Source: Octopus vulgaris | Lineage: Eukaryota | Assembly: GCA_951406725.2 (NCBI GenBank) | Contig: OX597832.1 | Span: forward strand, 48,422,001 to 48,486,000 | Reading direction: 5' to 3' | Length of the DNA: 64,000 nucleotides | In this document: positions 39,961-54,087 of the stretch, piece by piece | Position numbering within the stretch: position 1 is the stretch's first letter | How the letters are laid out: each line of letters begins with the position of its first letter | Position numbers and translations under genes: made by a program | The notes under the pieces: model-generated | Seen by the model: only the letters and a program-made list of their open reading frames with translations | Told to the model about the DNA's origin: nothing | Databases searched by the model: none

Positions 39961-41099
39961 TGCTGTTGTTGTTGTTGTTGTGTTGTTGTTCTTGTTCTTG
40001 TTGTTGTTGTTGTTCTCGTTCCTCTTCTGCTGCTGATGCTGCTCCTCTTCCTCCTCCTCCTCCGCCTCCTCCTTATTCTCCCCCACCTCCCTTCCTCCAC
40101 CTGTTTGCACCTTCTCCTCATTCCCATCATCTTCTTCATTATCCTAGTTAATTTTAACAGAAATAATTCTTTTTTTTTGCCATGCATCATTATATTACTA
40201 TTCACATTAGCGATAGACAAGGGAAAAACACAGGAAGAAAGAAAGGAAGAAAAGAGAGAGAGAGTGAGAGAGAAAGAGAGAGAGAGACAGGTGAGTGAGG
40301 GAGAATTAGAGAAGGAGAAAGGTGGGAAGCGATTTGGTCTCGATTGTCGTTTGTCAGTTCTTGAACAATTAAGCCGCTGATGCTTTCGTGAAAAGCATGA
40401 ACATCATAGTACCATTGTTAAAGACATATACCCACACATACATGCATACACATATACATACATACATGCATACATACATACATACGTACATATATACATA
40501 CATATATACATACTACGTACATACATACGTATATGCATATATACATACATACATATATATATATATACATACAAACATACATACATACATACATACATAC
40601 ATACATACATACATACATACATTCTTTGATTTCCTTTTCTTCTACTTAACTGTCTCTCCTCTCTCTCATTCTTCACTCTTTTTCTCTCCTTCTCTCTCAT
40701 TCTTCATGGTTTCCTCACAACCATTCCCCTTTCTTCTCTCCCTTTCTCTTGCTCCTCCTCCTCCCTCCCGTCGTTGACCCGCGACGAGAGCTCTACTACT
40801 GTCTTTCTAGCCTGACCTTCTTGTGGTGTGGACGGCAATTTTCTTTGCTCCGTTCGCCGTTCACAGAAATTAGCGTTCGTAATACTTTTTTTCGTTCGGC
40901 GTTAACAGCCCCTCTTGTCTTGTTATTTTCCTTGTCCTGTCTTTTACTGCTTATATTTTGTACTGTCGTTACTGTCCTGTTTTTGTTACCATTTTTACCC
41001 CTCTGCAAAAAGATTTCAAATTTTATTTGATTTGCTTTTCGCAGGAAGGAAAGTTTCTTATCGAAGATACGTCTCACCTTCACCTTCGAAACGTAGAGT

Positions 41100-41522
41100 A
41101 GATGAAACCATGGCGACTGAAGAAGGGGTTTTCCTTGTGTTATTTGTCCTGTACTCTATTTTTTTGTTGTTTAAGAAAAATGTCCAGTTCCTTGGGTTTG
41201 TGTCTATGTTTTCGTTTCTCATTGTGTTCGACGTTTTTTTGGTGTCCTGTACTCATATATGCGTGTATATATACATGTAGAGGTAGGTACGTACATTTAT
41301 GTATATATATATGCATATGTTTTATTTATTAATATATTATATATATTGGTTTTTCTTGGAGGGCTGGCCGTGATCTAGTAATCTCAAGATTAATCAGCCG
41401 AAATTACTACGATGATCCGGTTCTTGACTGAAGACTGAGGGTTTCGAATGTCCTGTCCGTGTTTATTGTGTCGTCTTCTAAGAGTTATACGTTCTTGTCC
41501 ATGTTGTATTTTTCTACATACC

Positions 41523-41525
<3 letters not shown>
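41100..41525 (+). mobile_element. Family F dispersed repeat fragments
   Basis: 41110-41345 matches 55935-56210; 41350-41525 matches the reverse complement of 10550-10730; ends in (TA)n. Confidence 0.6.
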
Positions 41526-41601
<76 letters not shown>

Positions 41602-41604
<3 letters not shown>

Positions 41605-41850
41605 AGGGTGAGTCGAAAAGCAATGCCATTTTGTTTTGGACATGTATAATTACCAACACAGGAACATGTATCATACAGCAAAATGAAGATGGTCCTCTGT
41701 GGATCACATCCCTAATTCTCAACATAATCGCCGTTTCTCTCAATAGCAATGTTCCACCTTCGAATGAGAGCATGCGAAAATATCTCAGGAAAGAATCGTT
41801 GGACAAGTCTGATAGGCAAAACCAACCGGCAGGTGAATCAGGGATAGAGC
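41602..41850 (-). mobile_element. Mariner-like transposon end with transposase C-terminus
   Basis: TIR-like cgagggtgagtcgaaaag beside (TA)n; minus strand encodes RRWNIAIERNGDYVEN*, a mariner C-terminal motif. Confidence 0.65.
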
Positions 41851-43172
41851 ACGAGCAACATTTTTGGATGGTGCCAACATCCATGAGTTCGGTTAGCTTT
41901 TCTTGGGGATGAAGCCGGATGGTTGCTTTTGACAGAACCCGATAGAAAGCGTGCTTGAGGGCTCTGTTCCTCGTCCCAACCATCCCAAGTATAAGTGGGC
42001 GAAGAAGATGAGATGAGAAAAATTATTGCATAAAAATACAAAGTTCCTTGAGTACCTTGTACTCAGAACTCTTATCGTGTATCTCCTAACCTCATATATT
42101 GCATTACCTGCAAACTTTGCCGCGCTCTTTATACTGGTAAAACAGACTGTCACCATGTTGGTCGCTTTCGGAAGAACATTCGAAGCCAACTTCGACGTAT
42201 ATCCAGTCAAGCTGTTGTCATCCTCTTAAACAAAACCGGCGCCATTCCGTTTCTCTCTTATAAGCTACCAATGGAAGAAACAATGCCTCATACTCGAGCT
42301 TGGAACTATATCACCGACGGGTTTATATGAAAGTCTCCCCCCCCCACTGCTTCTTACGTCTCTTGGCTCAGTAATTCCATTCTTAAACCTTCTCCTTTCC
42401 TCCACTCCCTCCTAAATTTTTCTCTCCCCGTCACCTATACCCGAGTCTCCTTCTCTTTTGATTTCTCTTTCCTTATCCCTCTCCCACCAAGTTTCTCTCT
42501 CCCACCACTTCTAGTCTACATATGACGCACACGTTGTCTTGCGTTCCTCACACACACACATACATATCTATAACAAGGAATACTGTTGGGAAACCCTAAT
42601 AGAAACATCAGTTTGATGCATATATAATACACCTGGTATTGCTCTGTGGGACGGGGCACAAAAGCTATGCACTGTTGTAGAGGTCAGCTGCGCAGCGGAC
42701 GGGGAAAGTACTATCAAAAATCCAGAACAAAGAGAACATTTACGGGGTATTAATGCAGAACTTACAGCTCTTGTACTGTGACTAAATTCTTATTTGTATC
42801 TATTATCATAGATGCATCGGGTTATGTACCAACAAATTTGCACAAAAACCTTGAAATTCTAGATTTCACGGAGAAAGAGCCAAAGAAACAGACGCGGATT
42901 CTCCACCTCAGATTCCTAAGTGAATAGATGCAGACACTCAAGTGTAGTTGACCGTTCAGCCAAAGCAATAACTCAACTACTTATTTACAAACATCGGAAC
43001 TCTCTTTACTCAAAGCGTCTTGTTGCTTTGTCAGCGATCAGCTTGAACTCTCTCTAGAAAAACTTTAGACTTAAAGGAAAAAACCTACACACACATACAT
43101 ACATACATACATACATACATACATACATACATACATACATACATACGTACATACATACATACATACATACAT

Positions 43173-43704
43173 GGTGGCTGCCCCCTCGTTATCGAGTATG
43201 GCCATTGCACGAAGCTTAATCAATGTTGTTATCGTGCAATGCCTGAGATTTTTTTTAAAGTGAGGAAAGGCTGTGCACTGAGTCAATCCCACTCACTAAG
43301 CAAAAGCAGCCATAATCCGAAAAGAATAACAAGTCAACATCATCGGTAACCCCTGAGCCGCAGGTTTTATGTCGGAGTTATCCCAGTTACCAGAGTTACC
43401 TTCTCCTAGAAGGATGCCCCAACAGAGGCTAGAAGTCCTTCACTCCCAATGGTTTAATCGTGCGATCGATTATTTCTATATCCCCGCGCATGATACAGCC
43501 TTAAGGCATTTATTGGATGGCCGTTGACTGTCAAGAGTTCATCCGCCCTTTCACGGGTTTAGTTTTTCATCCCGCAGGGTGTCCAATAAACACCCTCCTC
43601 ACCAAGCAAGCTTGGTGGGGTTGCCAGTTTAGTCGTCGACGATCCGACCATGCAACAGGTTGTACTGGGCTACATGTTACCAGTAGCACTCGAAAGTGAC
43701 CTGA
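43173..43704 (-). mobile_element. ~530-bp non-coding element flanked by (TATG)n, probably RTE-derived non-autonomous
   Basis: (CATA)n on both sides; GC-richer than surroundings; minus strand has ggagaaggtaactc...aaacc resembling RTE 5' UTR motifs. Confidence 0.45.
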
Positions 43705-43875
43705 CATACATACATACATACATACATACATACATACATACATACATACATACATACATACATACATACATACATACATACATACATACATACATACATA
43801 CACACATACATACATACATACATACATACATACATACATAGACGTGCATGTGTTGTGTGGACGTACATAAACACA

Positions 43876-43911
<36 letters not shown>

Positions 43912-43916
<5 letters not shown>

Positions 43917-44130
43917 CTTTATTGCCCACAAGGGGCGAAACATAGAGGGGACAAACAAGGACAGACAAAGGGATTAAGTCGATTATCGACCCCAGTGCGT
44001 AACTGGTACTTTATTTATCGACCCCGAAGGGATGAAAGGCAAAGTCGACCTCGGCGGAATTTGAACTCAGAACGTAACGACAGACGAAATACGGCTACGC
44101 ATTTCACCCGGCGTGCTAACGTTTCTGCCA
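43912..44130 (-). mobile_element. SINE family A
   Basis: Consensus, head slightly clipped. Confidence 0.88.
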
Positions 44131-44131
44131 T

Positions 44132-44281
<150 letters not shown>

Positions 44282-45040
44282 AGGATACATGTTTATTAAT
44301 CTGAAAGGCCTGCTCTATCGGATGATTAATAACGAAATTTTATATCCCAAACAAGGATATTGTACTTTTTAATATTCGTATTCGAAGGAAATTTTGATGG
44401 GAATGTCCCACTAATATTTCTAGTGTTGAAGCCTACATATTCAGCATATGAAATACTTCTGTTTTGTCGCTGATAGTGTTTCATACTGATGGCAATTGTA
44501 TCGTTTTAGCTATGACTTCCTGTCTTGTCGAAACGTAATATTTTAATGACATTACGGACAGGCGCTGATCTCATGCATTACGTCTTCCATAACAGCGACT
44601 TAATGGAAAATCTCGCCATCACCACGAACAGTGAAGCATTTCAATGTCACTTTTGTTTAATGGATGATGTCTAGCGATCTCTTATTCTTGGATTGTAAGA
44701 GGATAGCCTTTAAACAATGACACGTGCTTTAACCGTCATGAGTCTAAGCGTGGATGCACTTTATGTCGTTCTCAATTTTCCAGAAAATATACTCAGGAAT
44801 AATTTTTACTATTTCATGCTAACTTTTGAGGTATATTTGTTCAGCAAAACTGGGGTCGTATAGAGGGACTTAAGAATATGAGTATATATATATATATTTT
44901 TTTTTTCAGGGTTTCACCCACAACCCTTAATATATCATTCCTTTTTGAGCTATCAGCTGCCATCTACGAAATGGATATTCATGTTTCTTTAGTACTCGAT
45001 TACTCTCGTGTGATTACTCTTTACACACACACACACACAA

Positions 45041-45076
<36 letters not shown>

Positions 45077-45098
45077 CTTGGAAGACTTCGAGATGGCC

Positions 45099-45161
45099 AG
45101 ATAACCGAAGAGATGGTGTTGTGGATTTCCACTTCGGCATCCGAAACTCAGAGTTTTATCT
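45099..45161 (+). ncRNA. Degenerate hammerhead motif in a Penelope-like relic
   Basis: agataa-CCGAAGA-gatg..catc-c-GAAA-ctc-a-gag-TT-ttatct; stem I agataa/ttatct; core mutated. Confidence 0.45.
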
Positions 45162-46009
45162 TGGGTATTGAATAATTGTCACATATTATTTTACAGATAA
45201 AATTCCTCTATTTATATAATATTGAGGTCTCTTTCTTTCTTTTGTTATCTTACCGTTTTTACCAATATCTGTGTATATATATATACATAATATTATTAAA
45301 ATTTATAATGATATGTATGAAAATTTATGCCAACATAACATTATCAAGGTAATCCAAATTGGTGAAAGTCTAACTGAACATCTGTAAAAACTTTAGCTGT
45401 TAATAAAAGCTAACAAAAGAAACGCCAAACCAAACTTTAACTTTAGACATTCATTCATTCAACCACACACATTATAGGCGAGTTTGGTTTCTATTATTAT
45501 ATAAGCGAGTTTGGTTTCTTGGTTTATGGTGGTTTTGTAGAATATATTATATTCCATACATTGAAATTGCATAATCGTCCTTTATTGGGATTCAAATTTT
45601 GATCAGGGTAGAACATACATGCTGTGTGTATACATGAACGTTCTTCACACGCTTCATATCAATTTAAGCCTCGATTATGCGTACATAACATCCAGCATAG
45701 ATGATCAAGCGGTTGATAATTTAAGAGACGCATAGAAGCATATTTCTTCAGCTACTAAAAAAAGATACTTTTGACTACCCATTCATATCTTCAGCAAACA
45801 TTAGTGACGTCTGTTTAGTAAAATATCATACATCAATTGAAAACCAAGACTAGCTCGTGTATTTATCTTTTCTTTTTTTGTTATATCTATAATAAACATA
45901 GAAATCATTCCTACACAGCCGTTATAATATCTATTGTAGTCTAGCTTTCGCCGAAAGTTAGCAAAATGTCATTCATTGAAAAGAGGATACAATACAGAAA
46001 AAAATCTAG

Positions 46010-46343
46010 TCAATTTTCGATGTAACAACATATTTTGTGGCTATTAAATAATGCATTCATACTAATTATGGCAATTTCGTTTCTAGCGGCTGGTGTCATG
46101 GCAGCGAGCAGTGGATCGTATGCTTAAATAGACTTTTGAATAAATTACGTTCAATAGAATAAACAGCATTGAACAAAAACAAGTATCAAGTGAAGTTAAC
46201 GTCATTGTCAGTGAACCAAGTTTTGTAAATATTTGGCTTTTGTTTAGGTTTTCAAACCGCAGATATCTGCACCACTCACAGATATCTGTAGTCTGAAAGC
46301 AATAATAGCCACAAATATAGATTTGTTACATTGGAATACTGTA
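46010..46343. mobile_element. Degenerate MITE
   Basis: Inverted ends atgtaacaa..tttgtggctatt / aatagccacaaa..ttgttacat. Confidence 0.45.
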
Positions 46344-46577
46344 CGTTCAATGAGTAGTTGATGTGTTGGACTGACAGTTGTGGCGATGTTGGCGGTTAAG
46401 ACCAAATCAATGCTGATGTAATTTTGTTCGATTCAATCTTTCTATCTGTCTATCTGTATATCTGTCTGTGCCTGTCTGTGTGTCTGTCTCCCACTTTGAC
46501 TCTCTCTTTCTCTCAACCCACCCTCTCTCTGCCATGCCTACAGGCATCGGTGACCACAGACCATCATCCCCAATTCT

Positions 46578-47550
46578 TATTTCTTTACTACCCACAAGGG
46601 GCTACACACAGAGGGAACAAACAAGGACAGACAAACAAATTAAGTCCATTATATCGACCCAATGCGTAACTGGTACTTATTTAATCGACCCCGAAAGGAT
46701 GAAAGGCAAAGTCGACCTCAGCGGAATTTGAACTCAGAACGTAGCAGCAGACGAAATACCTATTTCTTTACTACCCATAAGGGGCTATACACAGATTGGA
46801 CAAACAAGGACAGACAAACGGATTAAGTCGATTATATCGACCCAAATGCGTAACTGGTACTTATTTAATCGACCCCGAAAGGATGAAAGGCAAAGTCGAC
46901 CTCAGCAGAATTTGAACTCAGAACGTAGCAGCAGACGAAATACCTATTTCTTTACTAGCCACAAGGGGCTAAACACAGAGGGGACAAACAAACAAGGACA
47001 GACAAACGGATTAAGTCGATTATATCGTCCCCACTGCGTAACTGGTACTTAATTTATCAATCCCGAAAGGATGAAAGGCAAAGTCGACCTTAGCGGAATT
47101 TGAACTCAGAACGTAGCGGCAGACGAAATACCTATTTCTTTACTACCCACAAGGAGCTAAACACAGAGGGGACAAACAAGGACAGACAAACGGATTAAGT
47201 CGATTATATCGACCCTAGTGCGTAACTGGTACTTATTTAATCGACCCCGAAAGGATGAAAGGTAAAGTCAACCTCAGCAGAATTTGAACTCAGAACGTAG
47301 CAGCAGACGAAATACCTATTTCTTTACTACCCACAAGGGGCTAAACACAGAGGGGACAAACAAACAAGGACAGACAAACGGATTAAGTCGATTATATCGA
47401 TCCCAGTGCGTAGCTGGTACTTATTTAATCGACCCAGAAAGGTTGAAAGGCAAAGTCAACCTCAGCGGAATTTGAACTCAGAACGTAGCGGCAGACGAAA
47501 TACCGCTAAGCACTTCGCCCGGCGTGCTAACGATTCTGCCAGCTCGCCGC
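46578..47550 (-). mobile_element. SINE family A pentamer (one head plus five tandem units) with a single TSD
   Basis: Junctions after 46760, 46944, 47132, 47316; TSD catcat(c/a)cccaattct at 46562-46577 and 47551-47566. Confidence 0.92.
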
Positions 47551-47818
47551 CATCATACCCAATTCTGAAGATTCATGACGTTTTTCTTGGGAACGATGCA
47601 GTAGTGGTTTCCCTGTTGCCCTTTGTCGGTCTATATATTTACGGTTCATTCAGTTGGTATCCTGCTTTCTCGACCACTTATCCTTCAGACACAAGGCCTA
47701 TTTAATCTTCGGCTAGTGGTGGGTGGGACTCGTTCATGTAACATGAAATTATTAAAGGTGGCGCCCCAGCATTGCCGCAGTCTAATGAATAAGCCTAATA
47801 AAAAAATATATTTGTATA

Positions 47819-47885
<67 letters not shown>

Positions 47886-47950
47886 GGTTCCGGGTTGAGT
47901 CGGGGTTAACCACAGTAAATAAGGTACTCAATACATAGCAGAGTAAATTA

Positions 47951-48078
47951 ATTTATTTTATAGAAGGAGCTTCTACAGGACTAGAACTGTTTCATTCAAA
48001 TGAAAACATCAGGCTTCCTGATGATTTCATTTGAATGAAACAGTTCTAGTCCCGTAGAAACTCCATCTATATAAATAA

Positions 48079-48080
<2 letters not shown>
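47951..48080. repeat. ~60-bp-arm hairpin containing hammerhead-like CTGATGA..GAAAC
   Basis: ggactagaactgtttcattcaaatgaaaacatcagg-ctt-cctgatgatttcatttgaatgaaacagttctagtcc. Confidence 0.8.
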
Positions 48081-48136
<56 letters not shown>

Positions 48137-48141
<5 letters not shown>

Positions 48142-48300
48142 CAGGCGTAGTTGTGTGGTAAGAAGCTTGCTTCCCAACCACATGATTCCAGGTTCAGTCC
48201 CACTATGTGGCACCTTGAGCAAGTGTCTCCTACTATAGCCTCGCGCTGACCGAAGCCTTCTGAGTGGATTTGGTATGCAGAAACTGAAAGAAGTCCTTCG

Positions 48301-48369
<69 letters not shown>

Positions 48370-48570
48370 TTGTACGTGTGTGTGTCTGAGTTTCACTTGA
48401 CAGCCGGTGCTGGTGTTTTCGTCCCCATAACTTAGCGGTGTAGCAAAAGCGACCGATAGAATAATAAGTACTAGGCTTACAAAGAATAAGTCCTGGGATC
48501 AATTATTTCGACTAAAGGCGGTGGTCCAGCATGGCCGCAGTCAGATAAACTAAAACAAGAGAAAAGAAGT
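48137..48570 (+). mobile_element. SINE family B
   Basis: Consensus head to tail. Confidence 0.85.
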
Positions 48571-48597
48571 AATATATACATATATACGAGGATAAAG

Positions 48598-48885
48598 ACC
48601 CCCTTGGGTCAGGAATACCTATGAGATTGCACCTAGGAAGTTCCCCTCCAAAGCAGAAGTCCGCTCAAGGTTTTTTTTATGGAAGATCAGCAGTCGCTCG
48701 AGAAAGACAAAGGGGCCGATACCGCTTGGTACAGTGACGTCGCAACTCATTTCTACAACTGAGTGAACTGAAGCAACGTGAAATAAAGTATCATGCTCAA
48801 GAACATAACACAAAGCCTGGACCGGGAATCGAACTCACTACTTCATGTTTGTTAGCCTGACGCTCTAATCACTGAGCCATGCAGC
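48598..48885 (-). mobile_element. SINE family C
   Basis: Reverse complement of 26688-27020 with an internal deletion. Confidence 0.8.
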
Positions 48886-48899
48886 TTATATATATATGC

Positions 48900-48943
<44 letters not shown>

Positions 48944-48952
48944 TAATATCTA

Positions 48953-49021
<69 letters not shown>

Positions 49022-49155
49022 CATACATATATTTACATACATATACATATATATATATATACATACGTACATACATTATATATATATATATATTCATACA
49101 TGCATATGTACATACATGCATACATACATATATATATATATACATACGTGCATAC

Positions 49156-49207
<52 letters not shown>

Positions 49208-49526
49208 TATATATTTATAAATATATATATATATATGCATATATATAACAAAGCATGAGACGCAATGTAATTTGTCATTCGTTGAAGGAAGGTGGTGGTG
49301 GTGGTGGTGGTGGTGGTGGTGGTGGTGGTGGTGGTGGTGGTAGTGGTGGTGGTGGTGGGGAAGTAGACACACTTTAGCATTTACGATTCCGTATCTTCTA
49401 AATTTAGTTAATTTGCATTATACAAGGAAGCTGTGAAGCATATTAAATGTATATCCCATTATAAACGACAGCGTATATGCATATATAAAGATATCCGTCG
49501 ATAATACCATATCAATTACTCATATA

Positions 49527-49603
<77 letters not shown>

Positions 49604-50351
49604 CACTATATATATATATATATACTGTATATATATATGTATGTAGTACATCGATGAGAAACGGTAAATTTATTAATGGCTTATATAACAATAATAAGCT
49701 ATAATATGCTGTTTATTCAAGACTGCGACAAACGGCACACTGCGTAAGAACTTGCTAATTAATATGGCTGTGAATATATAATATAATATTTATGTAATGT
49801 AATATAATTTAATATAACATAAGATAAGATGTATACACACACACACACAAGCACATACACATGCACATACACATAATACATAATACAAATATAATATTAT
49901 GCACATACACATTGAGCATACACAAACATACATAATGCACACATACACACACGTGTGCGCTATGAATACTGTGTACGTGTGTGATGTTTATCTTTACGCA
50001 GTAAACGTGAGGCTTTGAAGTAGCATAGTCTTTTGTTTGTGAAGTTATTTTGCAGAAGATGTCTTTTAAAGAAAACGCATTTTGCCGGGAGGAGGGTAAA
50101 TATTTGTCGAAAGATATCGTATTGAATATCTGTCACGGAACCTCACCGTTTTCCATTTACCTGTTGACTGATTTCTGAATTACAAGTATGAAACATAGAA
50201 CAATATTTAATAATAAACACAACCGAGGTGGCAGCTCTAGATTTGTCTTACGGTGTATATATATATTTTTTTGGTATCGATGGCTGAATGGTTAAAAAGT
50301 TCGCTACGCAATCCCGAGAGCGCGTGTTCGATCTCACAGTACAGAATCCTA

Positions 50352-50584
50352 TACTCTTTTACTCTTTTACTTGTTTCAGTCATTTGATCGTGGCCATGCT
50401 GGAGCACCGCTTTCAGTCGGGCAAATCGACCCCGAGGACTTATTCTTTGTAAGCCTAGAAACGTATTCTATCGGTCTATTTGCCGAACCGCTAAGTTACG
50501 GGGACGTAAACACACCAGCATCGGTTGTCAAGCGATGTTGGGAGGGGGTGACAAACACAAGCACACACATACACACACACACAT

Positions 50585-50653
<69 letters not shown>

Positions 50654-50790
50654 CATATATACATATATATACATATATATACATATATATCCGACATGCT
50701 TCTTTCAGTTTCCGTGTACCAAATCCACTCACAAGGTTTTGGTCGGCACGAAGCTATAGTAGAAGTCACTTGCCCAAGGTGCCACGCAGT
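50352..50790 (-). mobile_element. SINE family B, head missing
   Basis: Tail (actctttt)n through the CORE-like part. Confidence 0.85.
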
Positions 50791-51194
50791 CAGTTTATAA
50801 AAACAAGACATATTACTCTACGCCCAAATAAATAACAAAACTGAAATAAAATCAACGAATGCCATTTACCATAGGTCTGTCTGCTCGTTCATGGATAACC
50901 TGGGGCTAAATAAAAACTGCAGCAGCAACAACAACAACAACAACACCAACAACAATACGAACAACATAATTACTTGAACGTCAGTCAATATATTTTTACT
51001 ATTTCCTATGAATTTAAAACGCAGTAAATATGTCCGCTGCCGATTGCTGGCTTCTGAAAGGTAACATGATAATGTTATCTGCAAATTATTTTCTTCAGGT
51101 TTCTTTAATGCTATTATAATATTAACTTTTCGAATTTACGCAAGAATCCATATAAAATAGTATGTATGTATGTATATGTATGTATGTATGTATG

Positions 51195-51237
<43 letters not shown>

Positions 51238-51271
51238 ACATATACATACAATATTCTTGTATGTATATGTA

Positions 51272-51357
<86 letters not shown>

Positions 51358-51528
51358 CATATATATATAGGGAGAGTTTACGAAATATATATATATATAT
51401 AGGTGGTATATATATATATACATATATATACATATATATATATTTTATATATATATACACTACCTGTCTATCGTCTTTTATATATTTTTTACGTAAACTC
51501 TCCCTATATATATATGTATATATATATG

Positions 51529-51589
<61 letters not shown>

Positions 51590-52186
51590 TTATGTGTATA
51601 TGTATATGTATGTATAAATCTTCCCATGCACCTGTGTGTCAGTGAATTGTGTTACATAATTGAGCATTAAGTGAGAAAGCTCAATTTATAAATAAGGTGA
51701 GTGATATATTTACTTAATAATAGATATAATACAAACATTTACACTGCAAGTTAGCGGAGGTGTCATGTATGAGACCTTAAGTGAATTAGAAAAAAAAATT
51801 CCTATAATTATCAGACTTATTTAAATAACAAATGATTTATCCAATATGGATGTTTCATTTGGGTAATTTTTTTTTTGTAAATTTGATAAGTCCGACGACT
51901 GTAGAATTCCTTTAGGACCACTTAGGATGTGATCTTTACATGAAACCACTAGTAACTAATGTAGTTACCAATGGCATGAAATTGAACAACAAGGCCGATT
52001 AAAGGTATAATAAATACTATAGAAGAAAAGTTAAGGATTTATCGCCATCTTGGAGGCTGAATAGATATGGTGTTTTTAAACCTTTTTACAATAAGAGAAA
52101 ATTTTCTCTGTGGTAACTGCAGTGAATTTGCCCTTTCGCTGTTGAAATGTTGAAACATATTTTAACTAGCCTAAATTATATATACA

Positions 52187-53032
52187 CAAGGCGTGATGGG
52201 TAAATTGTCGTCATCTTGTACTTTTAATTTCGTACATGCGCATTGTTTTTTTTTATTTTGTCGACTACTCGGTATAGTAGGGTCAGTTGGGCACCGTCTT
52301 TGAGAAAAACTGCCAGACATTTGGAAACGACATGCTGTACTGCTTGGCATTCGCACCGAAAGCTCCAACACGAATGTTTAAGAGTGTTTGGGTGTCAATG
52401 TGAGGACAGTTCAATCTGAGGACAAATACCGAGAGCGATAAAAATAAAACATCCAGTCAACATCATAGCGTTTGGAGTGATCACTAGTGATGGCGACGTT
52501 ATGCCTCCATTAATTTTCTCACACGGCCTCAATCTCAACACAAAGGACTACATCAAGTGCTTGAAGGAGGTAGTGCCGCCCTGGTTGAAGAGGGTGGCTG
52601 CTTGAAGACTATGTCTAACAACAAGACTATGTACAATGCCACACAACTAGGAGAACCTAGTCTGCAACTACATCACACCCTAACATCTGGCCCCCTAACT
52701 CCCAAGACTGCAAGCACTTTGATTATTATGTGTGGGGTGCAGTTGAGCGAGAGACCATCAAAATTCCTTGTAAAACCAAAGATGAACCTAAGGCATGGAT
52801 TATGGCAGCATTCACTAGATTAAACAAGGAAACCGCCCAGAAGCGTCACAGGAGGTTCCGATATCGTCTGGTTTCGTTGTTTGAAGCCAATGGTGATTTT
52901 ATTGAATAAATTTACTTTTAAGTATTTCCAAATATTTTCATGCAATTTTGGTAAACATATCTGTTAAAATGAGACGTCAGTATTATTTTCATCTTTGCGT
53001 AATTTAGACGAAAATCTATTCACCGAACCCTG
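52187..53032 (+). mobile_element. Decayed, internally deleted Tc1/mariner transposon (maT/DD37D-like)
   Basis: Broken frames give KHPVNIIAFGVITSDGDVMPP..YIKCLKEVV..WPPNSQDC..DYYVWG..EANGDFIE*; degenerate TIRs caaggcgtgatgggtaaattgtcg / cgaaaatctattcaccgaaccctg. Confidence 0.8.
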
Positions 53033-53060
53033 TGTATCTGTGTATATATGTATGTATATC

Positions 53061-53220
<160 letters not shown>

Positions 53221-53234
53221 GTATATATATATGT

Positions 53235-53292
<58 letters not shown>

Positions 53293-53339
53293 CACGGTGC
53301 AGTGAAACATCCATATTGGATAATTCTTTACTGTCTTCC

Positions 53340-53442
<103 letters not shown>

Positions 53443-53972
53443 CATTGTTATTATCATTATTGTTATTATCATTATCACTAACATCATTATTATTATATTA
53501 CGTATCACGTGTCATGCTCATAAAAACCAGGAATCGGACCGAAGATATTCTATCTGCTTGATAAAGCTTAATATCAGTTTTCGCACGAGACATCTAAGGA
53601 TAAGAGATTCTAATGGCTGTGATAATTATTCTAAAACACACAGCACTTCATCAGATGTAAACGAGATGTTGTGATAAACGTCATAATTGGGCGTTAGTTC
53701 CTCTGGAGACGATCGCTAAATAATAATCGGTGAACATTAAAGAGATGTACCGTTAATAATTTTAACATATTAACGAGATTACACGTGGTCGCACTCATAC
53801 ATAGACAAGCATATGCACACAAACGTCTGCGCAAATACACACAAACACATACAGATCGCACACACAAAATACACACACACACAAAATACACACAGACACT
53901 CATATAAATATTTCCTTTGTAACGTCTACTGTGATGGCTTTATATATATACAGTACGTATATATATATCTGA

Positions 53973-54020
<48 letters not shown>

Positions 54021-54041
54021 GCATATATATGTATGTATATA

Positions 54042-54087
<46 letters not shown>

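Noticed and set aside
39220-40380. ORFs of 281-307 aa (poly-R/E/S)
   Set aside because: Translations of the (TTC)n tract.
41893-42229. 105-aa minus-strand ORF beside the mariner end
   Set aside because: No recognisable motif; cannot be assigned to the transposase or a host gene by eye.
46578-47550. Regularly spaced repeats resembling a CRISPR array
   Set aside because: Entire ~185-bp units repeat with no unique spacers; they are SINE sequence in eukaryotic DNA, and there are no cas genes.
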